NCBI GenBank assembly: GCA_040954595.2
Contig: CM082595.2
Span: 3,581,943 to 3,645,942, forward strand
DNA from: Balanoglossus misakiensis
Taxonomy: Eukaryota; Animalia; Hemichordata
DNA: 64,000 bases
Direction: 5' to 3'
A program made the translations under genes and the position numbers. Positions within the stretch are counted from its first letter, which is position 1. Each line of letters starts with the position of its first letter. Of the stretch, positions 34,565 through 49,500 are shown piece after piece. The notes under the pieces were generated by a model. The model worked only from the letters and a program-made list of their open reading frames with translations. It was not told the origin of the DNA and made no database searches.

Positions 34565-37500
34565 ATGATGGAGGAGACCAAGATCATTTATCACATAGAC
34601 GATGAAGACACACCGTATTTAGTGAAACTGCCGATTCCTTCTGACCAAGTCACATTGGGTGATTTCAAAAATGTTCTCAATCGTCCCAATTATAAGTTTT
34701 TCTTCAAGTCTATGGACGATGATTTCGGGTGAGTACTGCTTGTTATAACTTCCTTATTATCCAGTACGTAAGACTAGTTGTAGATCCAGCTTCCCGATAG
34801 GAAGTCGTTGGGTGTTGGGGAACTGCAATCGAGCTCGGTGTTTGCGAACTGCACCAGAAAATGGCCGCCTTCGATAGTGTATACAAATCAATTGTTCACG
34901 TAGCTAGCGCTTAGGGGAAAATCCAGGCCGAAAAAACGCTAGTTTTTGAAGTCATTCCGTCGCGAATGTCTCTATCAGTTATTTTGGACTGATAGGGACA
35001 TTGTACGAGGAATATTAGAAGGTTATTTTCAAGGTAATAGAGTCAGATAATTTCTACTGAAAATGAGTGAAAACGATCCCTTCTACAGTCGTCGGAGGTC
35101 GCTTGTATGAGATGAGGTATAGGGCCCCATAGGTTGATGTGTTTTATCAGCTATTTACATTTTGACTTACTCTTTGATTTAGACCATTTTCCTGTTGTTA
35201 TTCGCAAACATTTGCCCCATGGAAGCGCAAATCAAATATATAATTGTTCAGAGAAGCGATCGGGAGGTTGGGAACGGGGCTTTGTTGGGAATTTTGACCC
35301 CATCGCCCGGTTTTCAAAACCCTGACTGAGTTGATTCAGAAAGAAGCCATTTTGAATTGGACATGATATATATACATGCACTGTGTCAATTTCTTCGTGA
35401 TCGAAGTTGCACGGGTTTTCGACTTTGCGATCGGAAGTTTGCCGTGTGAACATCAATAAGATGCTTTTCAGGTGTTCATAGATGTATAAAAGTGTGGCGT
35501 TCTCACGTCAGTAGTAATAAAACCTCGATTTTTTTCTCTGACTGTCTTGTAATGGATACCCTTGTCTGATTTTACTGACAGCATTGCCCCTTCACATACA
35601 TAGCCCTACACAAACGATACCATTTTCCTTACACTGTGCGTGTACGTCTTTTGCAGCGTCGTCAAGGAAGAAATTGTAGACGAAGATGCCAAACTGCCTT
35701 GCTTCAATGGCCGTGTTGTCTCTTGGGTAAGTCAAAACGATGAGAAATGTGTCATCGTCACAGAAGCCATTGAAATGTGCACAGCATAGCTGGCACACAA
35801 ACAACTTAACCGGCACACAATACAATAGATGGACAGACCTACTGAAGGCTTTTCAAAACTGGGAACTGTTAGTATGAACAAAGATTTTCCACTAGCTAGA
35901 CCAAAGAATGAACAAGCAGAGTTGAGATTATTTTCTTTTCAAAAATCCTTGTGGTGGGGTAGCCGCAGACTTTTTCCGATGCAGATCCTGGGTCACCTCA
36001 CGGAGACCCAGCATCTGCATCCCGGAAATCAGCATGACCTGTCTGTCCGGCTTGACCCCGGCTAACCCACCACAAGGATTGCAAAGTTGGGAGGGTGTCG
36101 CGTCCCAGACGAGACGCTTGTTTCTTGCCACTGGTTGTCCCAATCACAAGTAGTTGCTGTTCTCGCATGTGTTCACTCACACACAGGAATAAAAAAACAT
36201 CAGCTGCTTGTGAATGGGCCCAGGCATTTTGATAGTCTCTGCGTTCGCCGAGGACATCTGGTGGCGCACAAAATTTATGGGGCCGTTCGCCAAGTAGCAT
36301 CTCTTTATATAATTTTATGATAAATCAGACTACGTAGCCACGGAATCGGTCCCAACTCCCCACGGACACCGTTCCAGCGAACCTCCAGGGGGACGCACCT
36401 TCCATAGACAACTTTCCCTCCCTAATGACCTCCAGACCCTGGAAGCACAATTAAAAAAATTTCAAGCCAAACTGTCAATTGGGTATTAATAATTCATCAC
36501 CATTATCGTGTATTACAATGACCAGTTAGCAGGCCATTAATTTTATTGCCCTTTTGAAGAATTATTTAGGCTTTGTTAAATCTGGGCTGATGTAATTCTC
36601 TGTCAGTATAGTGGTGTGACCTCTCGCAAATGTAATGTGGATGCTATATAGGGTTTTCACTGGCTTGTGAATGAGACTGCTTTTAAACACAGTTTAGGGG
36701 TTAGGCTTTCTGTAATATTGGGGGGGGGGGTGTACGCAAAACTAAAATAAGGGCATTTTCTTCAGTAATTGGTACATAACTTCCCTATATAATTATATGC
36801 CATTAACTCAATTGAACGTATCGATAAACTTAATCCGGATTACATAAGAAATCTTATGGGTGTTATTTTTTATGATTTTATGCCGGTAGATATGTGTTTT
36901 GTTGTTGCCATAATAGGCTGGAAAGTGTCTTGTGTTTAGCTGGGTTGTGGTGTCAATTTAGGTCACCCAGTGCATAGGATTGGGCTTTTATCTTGTTTAT
37001 GTGAGTTCCTAACAAAAGGAGCAGGCTTGATTTATATGGGTGCATTACTCCGACACCCTCTGCTGTGGCCTTTGTCCTGCTGTTCGTACCCGATAAAGAA
37101 GGGACACTTAAGCATGTGTTGCAAGTGTTTGAATTCTTGTCTGATGAGGTGGTGCCTCTGGATTAAGAAAATAGGTAATTCTGTAGAATCGACTTTTTAC
37201 CGTATATCAAAATATGATAAGTGCTCACATATGGGGTTATAAAATGTCAATTATTATGAAAATATTTGTCGAGGTTAAAGGAATAATCTTACATGATTTA
37301 TGTGCAAACACTCCCAGAATATGGCATTTTTTGACGACCAATTGACCAGAAAAATAGCAAATAATGTTTTTAGTGACTGAGTGTTTGAAGTCAATGAGAT
37401 AATATCTGGAAATGCTGCGAGATAAAATCTTCAAATGGATGTGTATAAATTTATGTCTGCAATATCCAATAAATCAGATATGCGATCTATAATTCTGTCT

Positions 37501-40500
37501 GGAATAACAGAATTATGCTTTTGTGAAATCGCCAAACCACTTTACTCCGTATGAAGTTAGGTCAGTATGAAGATTCAATGAAATATGCAATGTTGACTCA
37601 TCAGAGCTCGTGATTCAATATTTTTTCTTCAGCCTGTAAATTGTACTCTTCGTAGTTCACTGATGTGTGTGTGTTTGTGACTTCGGGGTCAAATCGCAGA
37701 ATCTGCGTAAATTGTTGATATGGTTGTCTTTCCCCCCAGTATTAGTCGATAACGCATCTCATGTACATGTATATGTAGTGTGTAGCAGTCATTATGTGTC
37801 TGTCAGACGCGAAATAGACAGTCAGGATAGTTTTCGGTCAGCAACCTCTTGCATACCAGAATGCAAAATTCTTCCATCGATTTTGCACGCCCTTCTGGTG
37901 TAGACAGAGGGGACCGTATTCCAATATGAATTAACCTGAATTCTGAATCTTGATAAACATAAAGAAGGCTCAAGAAAATATAAAGAAACTAAACCAGTAG
38001 ATATCTGACTGCAGCACTTGTCTATATCTCTCACGTGAACACTGCATTGCGTGCTAAATTCTATCACTACTGTCGTTGCCTTCATAGCCGCCATAAAAAC
38101 TCCTTCCTCTTCAAATTAATGGCAGAGTTCTCTCGATTATGTAGGGCATAGACCCAGGCTTTCAATTTGTTTTGATCAGCCCGGACTATTAAACCAGACA
38201 CCCAGATGTTTTGATCGCCCACCATTTTGAATTCTAGTGTTCCCAAGTAGAATAGCACGGAATATTTCAGAAATGTGCTGGTATGCTTATTAAATGGACT
38301 GTTTGAGTTTAGGAGAAAGGAGGTGATGGAGAATAGGAACTTAAAAAAATGGAAGTTCGGTTCTGATGTTTTTGGGAAGATTATTTGAGATTTTTGGTTG
38401 TTAGTTTGGGCATGCTTTTTTCGTATGGATTCATAAAATGAGAATGGCCGTGATCGCTATAGAATTTCTCTCTACGTTGTCTCTCTGTCTCACTCTCTCT
38501 CTCTACCATTCTTTTTTAACGCGACCCGACCTTGTATGTCAAAGCCCATTCTTTAAACTGTCAAATTAGGTCCTTTCAAAGCACCACAGGGTTCTACCAA
38601 CCGCAGTCGGCTGGAACGGGTCTGTGGACACACAGTCGAAAATGAGATTAAATTATTTCTCGTTCTGAGGTGAGGGTGGGCCCGGTTGTTTTTTTCGGAT
38701 GAAATTAGTGTCAGGTTTCTCACGCTAGATGCGTTATTCTGGCGTTGTGTAAGTTTCCATGATTTGAATCGAGTGGTAAATCAGGAAGGGATGGAGAGAG
38801 AGAGAGAGACAGACAGAGAGAGATCAGGAGAGACTGACTGACTTTGATAATGCGTTTGTATAGTACTGGCATAATCAGGGTCATTGGAGCTCACAGTTCG
38901 GTATAAAAGTTTACGACCTGTGATTGACATTGCAGTATCAATCAATCTTCATTTTAAACATTAACGACATCAATCACGCAAAACAAATTATTTTCAGTTT
39001 TATATTCATGAGAGAACTCGTTTTGCCAGGCTGTGTTGACATATTAGGTGTTGGAATATCTGCTGGGGGCATGTCAGGACTGGTGTAGGCGAGCACTAAA
39101 TTGTTGGATTACTGTAAACTGTATTGAATGGCACCGTTTTAAATTTTGGTGGGGGAAATCATCGCACCTTTGTCGCCTACGACTCTGTCTGTCTGTCTCT
39201 CCTGGCTGGCCATTTACTTGATAATCTGGCGAGTTAATTTGACGTTGTGAAGATCTCGGGCCTGCTGATCTGCTCCAATGTTGACGGCACCCTAGTCAGC
39301 TTGTGTCTCAGTTCCAGCTCGATGTATAATAATTAGCCGCGACAAAAATGCCTGTCACGCTGTTCTGCACATGGGAAATGGTTTGGAATTTGGCCTACTG
39401 TGAAAGAGGCTGTCGTCCTGTGTGTACATGTATATAGGCAGAGTCTGACCTTTCTTGTGTATCTGTGTTCTCAAATCTTAGCAAAAGCACTGAACAAGAG
39501 CAACTACAGACAGTAGTGTTCTCCTCTGGAATTTCTGATACATAATCAGCTAATTTGCATCACAAATCTAATTAATTGTTATGATAATGAGTTTATACTG
39601 TTTTCCGCAAATTAAAGGGTATGGTCCAATACTCTTTAATTGTTCTGGAGAGAAGACCGACTGATTGGCTTTTGGTTCAGGGCTATTTTATCCAGTAATT
39701 ATAAAATGCTGATCTTTCGACGTTTTGGAAGAAATGTACGCTTAATAACTTACTTTCGTGCGTTTTTACCTATTTTGGGTAAATTTGCTAGACTGGTAAT
39801 GTCATCATCAACACACGAATGTGTAATTTGGTAAAACGTCTCTCAGTTCTAGACAGGATGTCCTGACAAAGAAATCGGTGAATTACGAATGAGTCAGTCA
39901 GGACAAAGTGGGTTAGGAAATGAATGAATGACTGATTTACGAGTTGTCTTTTTGTGGTTTTGTGTTGAGGGAGAAAAATGCAGGGCCCGGGAGTGTACCA
40001 GATGGCTGGCTGTGTCCCCAGTGATGGTGCAATGGACGACTTGAAATGAAAGAGACAAAAAGGGAAATTTGACGTGAAATGATGTTTGCTTAATGGCGTG
40101 TTATTGCAACAGTGTAATTATAAACTGATGATGCAAATGATAAGATACACACATGTCAATCATGTAAGTGGGATAAAGGCATTCTTCTAATTAGCAATAT
40201 TTGTAGAGATTATGTCATTTTGGTGAATTTCAAGGGATTATCGGAAACTTAGCCTTGTGATTTGTCCCGTGCTTGTTTGCTCCTGACCTTGGTAGAAATG
40301 TCAGTGTTAACGATCAGATGTCACATCCTCCGTCTCTCCCCCCCCCCCCCCCCTCCCCGAAGTGATCCATCAACCTGGGGTGAAACGGCGATGCTAAATG
40401 ACAATGCTCAAAATGTGTGACTTCCTTCACAGGTGATCCATCATCCCCCCGTGAATAGTGGTCTCATCCGCCTCGACATTTATCGTCCGTTTTATGTGTA

Positions 40501-43500
40501 ATAACTCGAGTTGGCCACTACAGATCGGGGGTCCCCTTGCCATTTTGGTTTTAATGGCGGCATAAAACAGGCAATAACTCTGGTTTATTTTGTTTGGGTT
40601 GAGTCGCTCCAAAGAGAGAAAATAACTGGTCAGTTATGCGTGTGGTGTACATCATGTATACGGCTGACTATACAACAAGGCTAGTCTGTTGTAAAAGAGA
40701 AAGTTAAGAATTAGAAAGTGCATGGTGTCCATTGTGAAGCGAGTTTTATTGAAGTTGTGATGGTTGTATTGAATTGCTTAGCCTTGGGTCATTGTAGTTT
40801 GTGAATTTACTGAGCGATGTTTCCAGTGTATGTTATCATGTTCGCGAACCTACCTGCGAGCTATAGGCCATAAGAAGGCAAATCTGTACGGTAATCGTGC
40901 ATAGATGATGGTTGGGTGGGGGTACATGTAGAAAGAAATAGTACATGTACATATCCAGTTTTCCCGATATGAACACCTGTACCTTGCATTTTAGTGGGTA
41001 GAAAAATATGCAGTGTTCCCCAATGACCTTGGGGTGTTTTTCTTATGGGGGAGATTGCTAGCTAAGATGTTGTGTTTATGTAGACATCTAGATGCAGGTG
41101 TAATTAGAGAGAACTAAATTAAAATCAGCTGTTTCGATTTTCAGGGAGGGTGTTTTCAATCGTACATGGCATTTCTGTGTATGTAAGTGTGTGAAGCACT
41201 CGCATGCCATTGTGTGGAGAAATCCTGTTCTTGTTTTTGCCTGTGTAAGAGGGCTCTGAAAAGAGAACGCGTTTGTCAAGGGGGGGATGCACAATGTACA
41301 AACGGAGAAACAACAACATACGGATTCCAGCCACCAAGCCGTTTCAATAACATGTTCATGTGGCCATGTAGGTGCATAGTTTGCCCGGCACCTCGCCATA
41401 GAAATCCGTGACCCCTGCGTGTAAACAAAACGATAGCCTCCTGACTCCTGCGTTTTTCATCGTCATGACGATTTGCCCCGCTCCGGAGCCCACTTCTGCG
41501 ATTTGACGTGCGATCAGATTTCCGATCCCTGATTGGCAGTTTTAGGAGAGACTAATGTGTATATAGCACTGTGTGTGTGTACCAACCAAGGTTGACAATC
41601 TCTGCGATAAACTTAGACAAAAACGCAGTCGGTTATCGCGATACCCGAAAATAAGTCAGTATTGCAACTGTAGGGATTGCCCCAGTATTCATCATTTCAT
41701 CTGCTACAGACTGCTGTAATTGGCCAGCCTCAAGGAACGCAAAATTCTTGTGTATATACATGTATTGCACAATGTGAGAAAAACGCAGGTGTTATTGTGA
41801 TGGCTGAGAATTGTTGGCGATTGCTGCGACTTTGAGTGGCGGAATATTTCCGTTGTCGCGTTTGTTTCATTCGGCATGACAGTATCTCCCTCGGTACATA
41901 TTCTGTCTGACAGCATAGATGAAGAGGAATTGGAATTTCGCTCTGTAAATCATCATTACATGTATTGTCAGCTCTCTCCCCCTCAAAGATCTCCTGATCT
42001 GACCAGGATGTTGTAATATTTTACCGTACTAAAGAGGAAATCATGCCAATTTCACAATCGGAGAAAATATGAAAGAAAAAAAATCAATACCCTTCATCAA
42101 GAGATTTGCTTGATGTTCGTCCAATGTTTTGACACCAAACAAAGGTGGTTGCCAGGTTGTTGACATTAGGAAAATTGGGTATTGAGTAAAATTTAGATTG
42201 TCTTCTCTCATATGATAATATCATAAATTGTGGTGTTTTGATAAAAATCTGGCTTTTGTAGGTTCATGTTTTAACAGTTTAAATTAAATACTTTGCATGT
42301 TTTGATAGAAAGAGCTTATCGTATTCCCTGCTCCCAGTCCAATTAGCAAACATTGATTAACTGGCTATTGCCTGATTTTGTTAACGAGTGTAATGACCCC
42401 ATATTGATATAAATTACAATTAACTCAGCGTGTTCATCTTTCTTGTTAGTTACATGTAAATTCACTACGCGGGATATTCATAAAAAAATAATAGCTTATT
42501 TCGGGAATTAATTCACAGTTTTTGCCGTGTCTTGTGCGATGTATGTCAGCTAGGCCCAGAGGCAACAGTAGGCTGAATTGAATTCTTTCGTTATAACAGA
42601 TGGAATGCAGGTCATTGTCTGAGTGGATGACATTTGAACTTTAGTGAAAACTTAATAAAGGTAGATGCTTTTATCTAGTCTAAGCCTGGGTAATATTTCT
42701 TTATGGAAAATTAAATTATGTTGATTCATTGTTCTACAGATATATCTTCATTTTCTGTAATCCCGAGTTTTATGTTCGTAGGGTGTTTTGTGTTCAGAAA
42801 CTTGTGATAAATTTCTGTGTGTATCATATGTTTGTGACAGAATTCTTTAAAAACTGCCGCAAGATCATTCCCGCAGGGAAGAAGTCGATGAAATGTACTG
42901 ATGATGTATGACGTCATCACCGTTTCTCATTAATATGCAAAATAATATTCGTCTCGAAATTCAGACATTTATGTAAGATGGTGACGTGTTTGAAGAAAGG
43001 GTCAACGAAACACGCAGTTCTTGGTAGACGCTATTCTTAGAACATGTAAAGAAACATGAAAGGATTAAGATTTTTGTATCTCTAGTACGTGACAGTAGAA
43101 ATACGCATTTTTGGTAAATCCAGTATTTTTTACTGTAAATTTGAATGTATGACTGCAATGTAATTGGAGCATGCTTCTACAAGACATCCACCATCTTGAA
43201 ATTAGAAGTAAACGCAACAAACTTGGAGCAGTGTTTATTCCGTGGTTAATTTCTCCGGGAAGTGACACAGACATCTCACTGGCATTTTCCTGCTTTTCAA
43301 TCTTCACCCTTTTTTCTTGAAGTGCAGTTATCCAATAACATGCACCTTGTGAAGTTATGTCAATTGTACCGAGACACCTGAACACATACCCTAACCATTG
43401 ACCGGGGTCCCCATAGTTTGGCTGTAAACAGAACACTGAATGGGAACTCATTTGGACCTGAAAAAAGCGGTCGTGTACACACCACTCACTAAAATAACAG

Positions 43501-46500
43501 TGACCAAACATGAAGGAACAGATATTGCATGTGACCCTGGGGTGACTGAATATTTTCATTGGCCTGTGTTCTCCCCGTCACTTGGGAACTGTGGTCTAAT
43601 CCTGTTGTTTCCACTGGCAGGGTCGGGCTTGCATACTCGGATAATAGGGGTGAAGGAGCTTAACCTTAATGCCAGGGTGACTTTGGTTCAACCCCAATGT
43701 TTTTGGCGGAACCGTCCACTCTGAATCTTGCTTCCCAACTTTTTGAATCCGGGAGAACTCAAAACAAGGAAAGCGAACCAACCCCGGCCGGATGGTTGGA
43801 ATAGTTTGCATGGGGAGGTCGTGCGGGTCTCGCCGACTACACCTCATTAGCGCAGAATTCTACACAGCAAGCCAACGCTGCTACCAGGACTTGTATCACT
43901 ATCAGTCATTCCAGGATCATTGACACCAGGCGTCGAGATAGATAGATGGGGTGGAGAGCTTGCATAGGGCTCGCTACGCCCTGCCCTCCAGGTTACAGAT
44001 ATGTCTCTGTATAAAATACCTTCAGGTCAAGCAGGCAGGGACCTGGTAATAAAGGTGGACGTTGTGTTTTGTTTTTATGCAGTAAGCATTCACTCTTTGT
44101 CGTTTTAACTAGCAGTAAAAAGCAACAGCATTGTATTTTCCTGTTGATATACTGAGACAGTATTGGAACACTGATAGCTGTATATCCGACTGTATATTCT
44201 CTCTCCCATTCTGTCATACACTTGTTTCTCCGAGTCCCTCGTTCAGTATTTGTGATTAATTCTGAATCACTGCCTCCTTTGCATAAGGCTGAGTCAAGGA
44301 ATTGCCAACCATTCGCGCATAGTTGTGAATCTCCAAGACATTGTTATTGTTGGAACCAGCAAAGTAAAGCATGGGTATTTTGGGGCAATAGAAATGTGAT
44401 GGTGAATGATTCTAAGCAAGTGACAGAGAGGGTGTTACATGTAGGTTTTTGGGCGAGTGTTTGTGTCAAGGGTTTTTCCTAGATAAATTATAACCTCATC
44501 AGTGTGAAGTATTTGTGTGTTTAACGGCAAGATTTTGTTTGTTTGCAAAACACCTTAGGTCTCCTTCATGTCACATAAATATGTTTAAGAGAATGTTGTC
44601 AGGGAGGGGGGACTGCCTTGTACAGGTATGTATGTACGTCAACATGCCCAGGGGCTAGGGGTGGAGCCTTCAAGTTTATGAGCCTGACCGGGGCTCGCTG
44701 TCTGCTTGTCTCGAAATTCAGAAAGGCTGTAAAAACAGACAGTTGAAGTAGGTCACAGACTCCATTGGCAACTGAGTGTGAAGAAGAAAATTAGCAAGTA
44801 GCTGACAGTCGAGTCGAGGTGGGTGTGGCTTTCATGATCACTTTGCGCGGTGACACCACCGCGCAAAGTGATGATGTCATCAGAAGTGCCGGCAACAGCT
44901 GACAGAGTAGTGGGCTTTGCCGGCTGTTCGGTTATAATCTGGAAATTATTAAATTTTATAAAATCAATCCTGTTAGGATTAAGCGAAATGTAACACCCGG
45001 ACCGCAAAGATCGGGTTAAGATGTTTTTAATTTGGGGCCTGATTTTCTTTGGGGGAAAATATACATTTATTTAGACGTGTTGTAAGGATGTGACGTGTTG
45101 CCTGGTTGGCAAGAGTTACCAGAGACAGGCAAGGAGTTATTCAAATGATGTACAACTCATCCTTGTTGACTGACAACAGCAAGCGTTCGTTTCAGCTGTA
45201 CAGCTGGTTGTCAGCTGTAACTGGTCTGTGGGGCATAAAATATACCATGTGTGTACGTCAATTCATCATAATATAACAGTTCAGCATTCCATTGAAACAC
45301 GGGACTGAGTGGATGACTCTTCATTTTGAATAAATGAATTTGACGCCACAGGATGACATACAAGATTTTTCTTCTTCTTTGCCAAGTGGCCATAAATCCC
45401 TGTGCTGATTATCGAGAGTTCCTGGGGACTTGTGAATATGTCACATTTGAAATGATAGATGGGGCTTCCTAGCAGTAGCATGTATGTATATGTAGACATT
45501 ACAGGGGAGTTATGTGGTGTACATGAGTAATTGAATGTCACTTCATCAACACAATGTGAAGTGTTTAACCCTGTGTGCGAGGAAGTTGCAAAGGGGGGAC
45601 TTCCCGTTTGCGAGGGGTGAGGTTAGGACACTCCAAAATAGTTACGGACTCCAGTCTCTGTTGATGATCCCTGCGACGTGACCTTGTTCTCGGTATGACC
45701 TTGTTGGATTCTCCTGGGCGGCGTCAGGGCGGACGTCACCCCTGGTGGTAATTAGCGAGAAATCTGCCGGTAATTAGCAATTGGACTCGGCAGGGTGTCC
45801 GAATTTCCCCGTGTAAGGGACTCTGTCGACTGTGTTACACAGACTGTGTGTAACAAGGCTCAGGTATTGACTGACGTCTTCAGCCCCGGGAACGGACAGC
45901 ACCCGCCCAGTGACGTCTACAAACTCTGTAATATCAGCATGCGGTCCAAGGCCATTGCGTGTTTCAAGATGGCTGCCAAAATCACTGACCTTTTAGGCTT
46001 CCTCGATATCGTTTACCCTTCGTTTGGCATTGTCACCAGAGAGGAATGTTTCTCCCTGGAACCCAGAACACACATTACGCATTAGTCCCACTTATTAATC
46101 AACACAACATCACGGAATGTTCTGATGGAATTCGGACTTTGGCGCTTCCAAACGTTTATATGAAACATACAATTCTTAATTATAATCACACTGCTGAGTA
46201 ACTGTCATAGCTGAGAATTACAGAGATAGACTGAATCAATAAACAGACTAAATTCATGAACATTATTCCATCAAGCTTACTAAGTGAATTCTCTCCAGAA
46301 TATGGCACAAGATTTTTACTGTAACTGACATCATTTTCATTTCACACACAAGTCCAATTTCGACTAATTGCATCAGAAAATGCCCAACTGCCGAAATAAA
46401 AAAATGAAATTTGTCAAAGCCTGTGGGTATACAGGACCTTAAGTGAGTAATTTGACCCCTTTTTATTTCAAACAGCAGCCATATTTTCCATGGATATATA

Positions 46501-49500
46501 ACTTTGGTTACATGTACACCACATCCCTAACAAAGATCCATGTTTACTTGTTTTCCAATAAACATAAATTTATCGGTGTACGAACCCGACAATGCCCCTG
46601 GATGCTAGTTTTCTGACTTTCTCTGTTGAGTCGGTGCATATATTGGATCAGATGACATCAAGGAATTCTTTATATGTGGCTTGGTCTGGCTGACACAATT
46701 GATACCATAGAGCTCGCTCATTTTCCCTTATTAATGTAAACAAATACCGTGGTATCGTTTTCGCGTCTTGTCATAATTCTGGGGTGATACCCTTCATACG
46801 GCCGCTATATTTGGCACGTTTCGTGAACATAAATAATTTCCAGAATTTGATGATCTAAATTAAAAGCGGGATGAACCACAGGTTGCTATTTTTATCTCCT
46901 GGGTGAAGTGTGATACCAAGGTCGGATATTTTGACTGTGTTTGTATAGATCTCGCTGGTAGCCTTGATTCTGGCAGCCTTATCTTGACCCGGTGCTTTGT
47001 TGGGGAGATTTTCACATCCTGTTTCTCAATGATAAATTTGTCCAACAGGAAAGAGGGTGACCTCATCTGCAAAGTCTGGCTTTTGTGCTGGGGTTATGCA
47101 TTGTGAGGGGTGAGATTTCTACTTGGCTTCGAAAATATGCCCGGACTTGCTCAATGCACTTCTCGTAATCCCTAACCCTAAAAATGAAACAGCTTTTCTG
47201 AGTCTGATCGTATGCTGCTATCCTGTGCTGCGTTCTGTGTTTGAGTACATAAAATAAGTCAGATAAGGTCAATGGCACGTCTTTAACCCTCCCCCGTCTG
47301 CTAGAGTTTAGAAAGTCGTAAAGTTTGAGTAGATTTGGAGGGGGGGGGGTGTACATCCATTGAAAGTCTCGTATTTATTGCGGTCTAACTGTGATTGTGA
47401 AGGGCAATAAAAGTACAGGTGGGTTGGCCCAGCATTGAATGTTGATGATCATATACATCAATTCGTGAAGGCCATAAATGTCTGTGAAAATGCTCAGAAA
47501 TGGCTGTCTCTCTCAGCGCTGTTCAGGTGGTGTTATTTCAGTCGCACGGAGCGAGTCGTGTTGAATACTGATGATCGTGTGCACCGACTAACATGGCTGT
47601 GTGTGTCTAGACGCAACTGTTGTTCTCTCTCATTGAAATGCGAAGGACACTTGATTCAGTTATCAGCGTGCTGGGGTACATTGCAGCGATGTCTGGAACA
47701 CAGCAGGGTGAAATCTACCTGAATTTTCCCCAAATGTCTTCTTTCTTTCCTGTTGCTATGTGGAATAAAATGAAATGGCCAACATAAAGTAATGTGAACC
47801 CCTTTGCATTGTGGGATACATATCTTGGATGAAGTAAAGAGATTTCATTTCCATCGTATGAAAATAAACAAACGATCAGGCATAGGTTATTGAATTTCAA
47901 ACAGATGTCTATCTATAAAATATTTTGGATAAACCTGGATCCACTTTATGTTGACGTTTTTTTTTTTCTCACTGATAAATTTTTGGTCAGTATCAGATTA
48001 CGGGCAATAGAAGACGTTAGTTTGAAGAAATTCTAATAAGATTTTCGTTAAAAATGAAAAAGGTGAAGTTCTACAAATGTAAGTGAGAGAGATGAAATGA
48101 AACACTGGTGTCTGAATTTCGTCACTGCCGAAACTGCCTGACAATATACATGTATGCTGTTTGGCAGAGTCTGTTTTGTGACTCCTTCAACACATTTACA
48201 CATTTGCCAAGTCGGTTCTGTGCAGCCCAGCCCAAGGGAGCAGATACAACAAACAGAGAACTACAAGAGATCACAGAATTACCCTGCAACACACAAAGGC
48301 AGAGATCCTGATGAATATTCATGATTGGCGAGCTATTTGAAAAATGTAAACAAGAGCGTTTTTTGATCCGTCCTAATTCGAATCAGATGGCGCACAAAAC
48401 GATGGCAGGTAACGGACATGACAACGAGCTTTGAATGGAAAAGAAAACTGCAAATTTTCCTCTGAGATAGAACCTCGAAAACCCCAGATTTCAGCACGCA
48501 TACAAACACGCTAAATGTTGATACAACCTAACGCTAACGCAAGTTTCGTATTACGTTCCCAAGACAATGTATTGTAAGCTGCTGATGACATCAGTTGTGA
48601 AGCGTAGCTGTTCGCGATCCTGACGCGATTTGTGATTGTGTGCGAGGTTATTTGGCTTAGCTGTTGAATGCACCAGAAAAACTTGGCTGTGTGTTGGATT
48701 CTGAGGTAAAACGGCCATTCACAATATTCACAAATCAGGATTGAGTCAGCATCGCGATGGCTGTGCCGTTAACTGTCAGTCCCCATCCCCCAAAAATTCC
48801 ATAAATCTATCATTTTGAGACCAAGAAGATCTGGAATATTCAGCTTTTTGTCTCATTGAAGATACCGATTTTTAAGCAAGTCTGTTGTGTATCTAGCACG
48901 TAGTTAACTGATTAAAAGTGGCTGTATTTCTCTGGTAAAACCCTTGTGCATTGTCGAGTTGTTTGTCAGCTTCTGTGATTTCTCAGTTCATGGGTGATTT
49001 CACATCAAAAGGTGTATTCAGGTTCAAGGTCTGATGGGAAGGTCATTTCTAACTTCTAAGCTCTGCCTTCATCTGCCGTTAAGTAGAGAATCTTGTCAAT
49101 GTTTAAAATTCAATTTACCAATCTCCGTTCACTTATTTTACCATCTACACATGTTTTCAAACAGTAGCCTAGTATACACCCAAATATTTTCTTTTTATTT
49201 TGTGCATATTTGTAAGCATGGCCTGATAACAACAGTTTTTTTTTATATAGGAATGGGTCATTGAAACTTTGTAATGTGCAATCGTAGTGACAACATACGT
49301 GTTGATATTAACTGTACATCACATTTCCTTCACTAAACAAAACACTTATAAATATTTGAATGAAATATCTGTAGTCATGGATAATAGCCGAATTCAAGAG
49401 AGTTTGCGTGATGAATACCCATCCATTCAACAGACGGAGACAAAAGAATTCACATACCTGTAAGACCTCGGATAGTATTTTATGAGGGCATGTTTAATTG

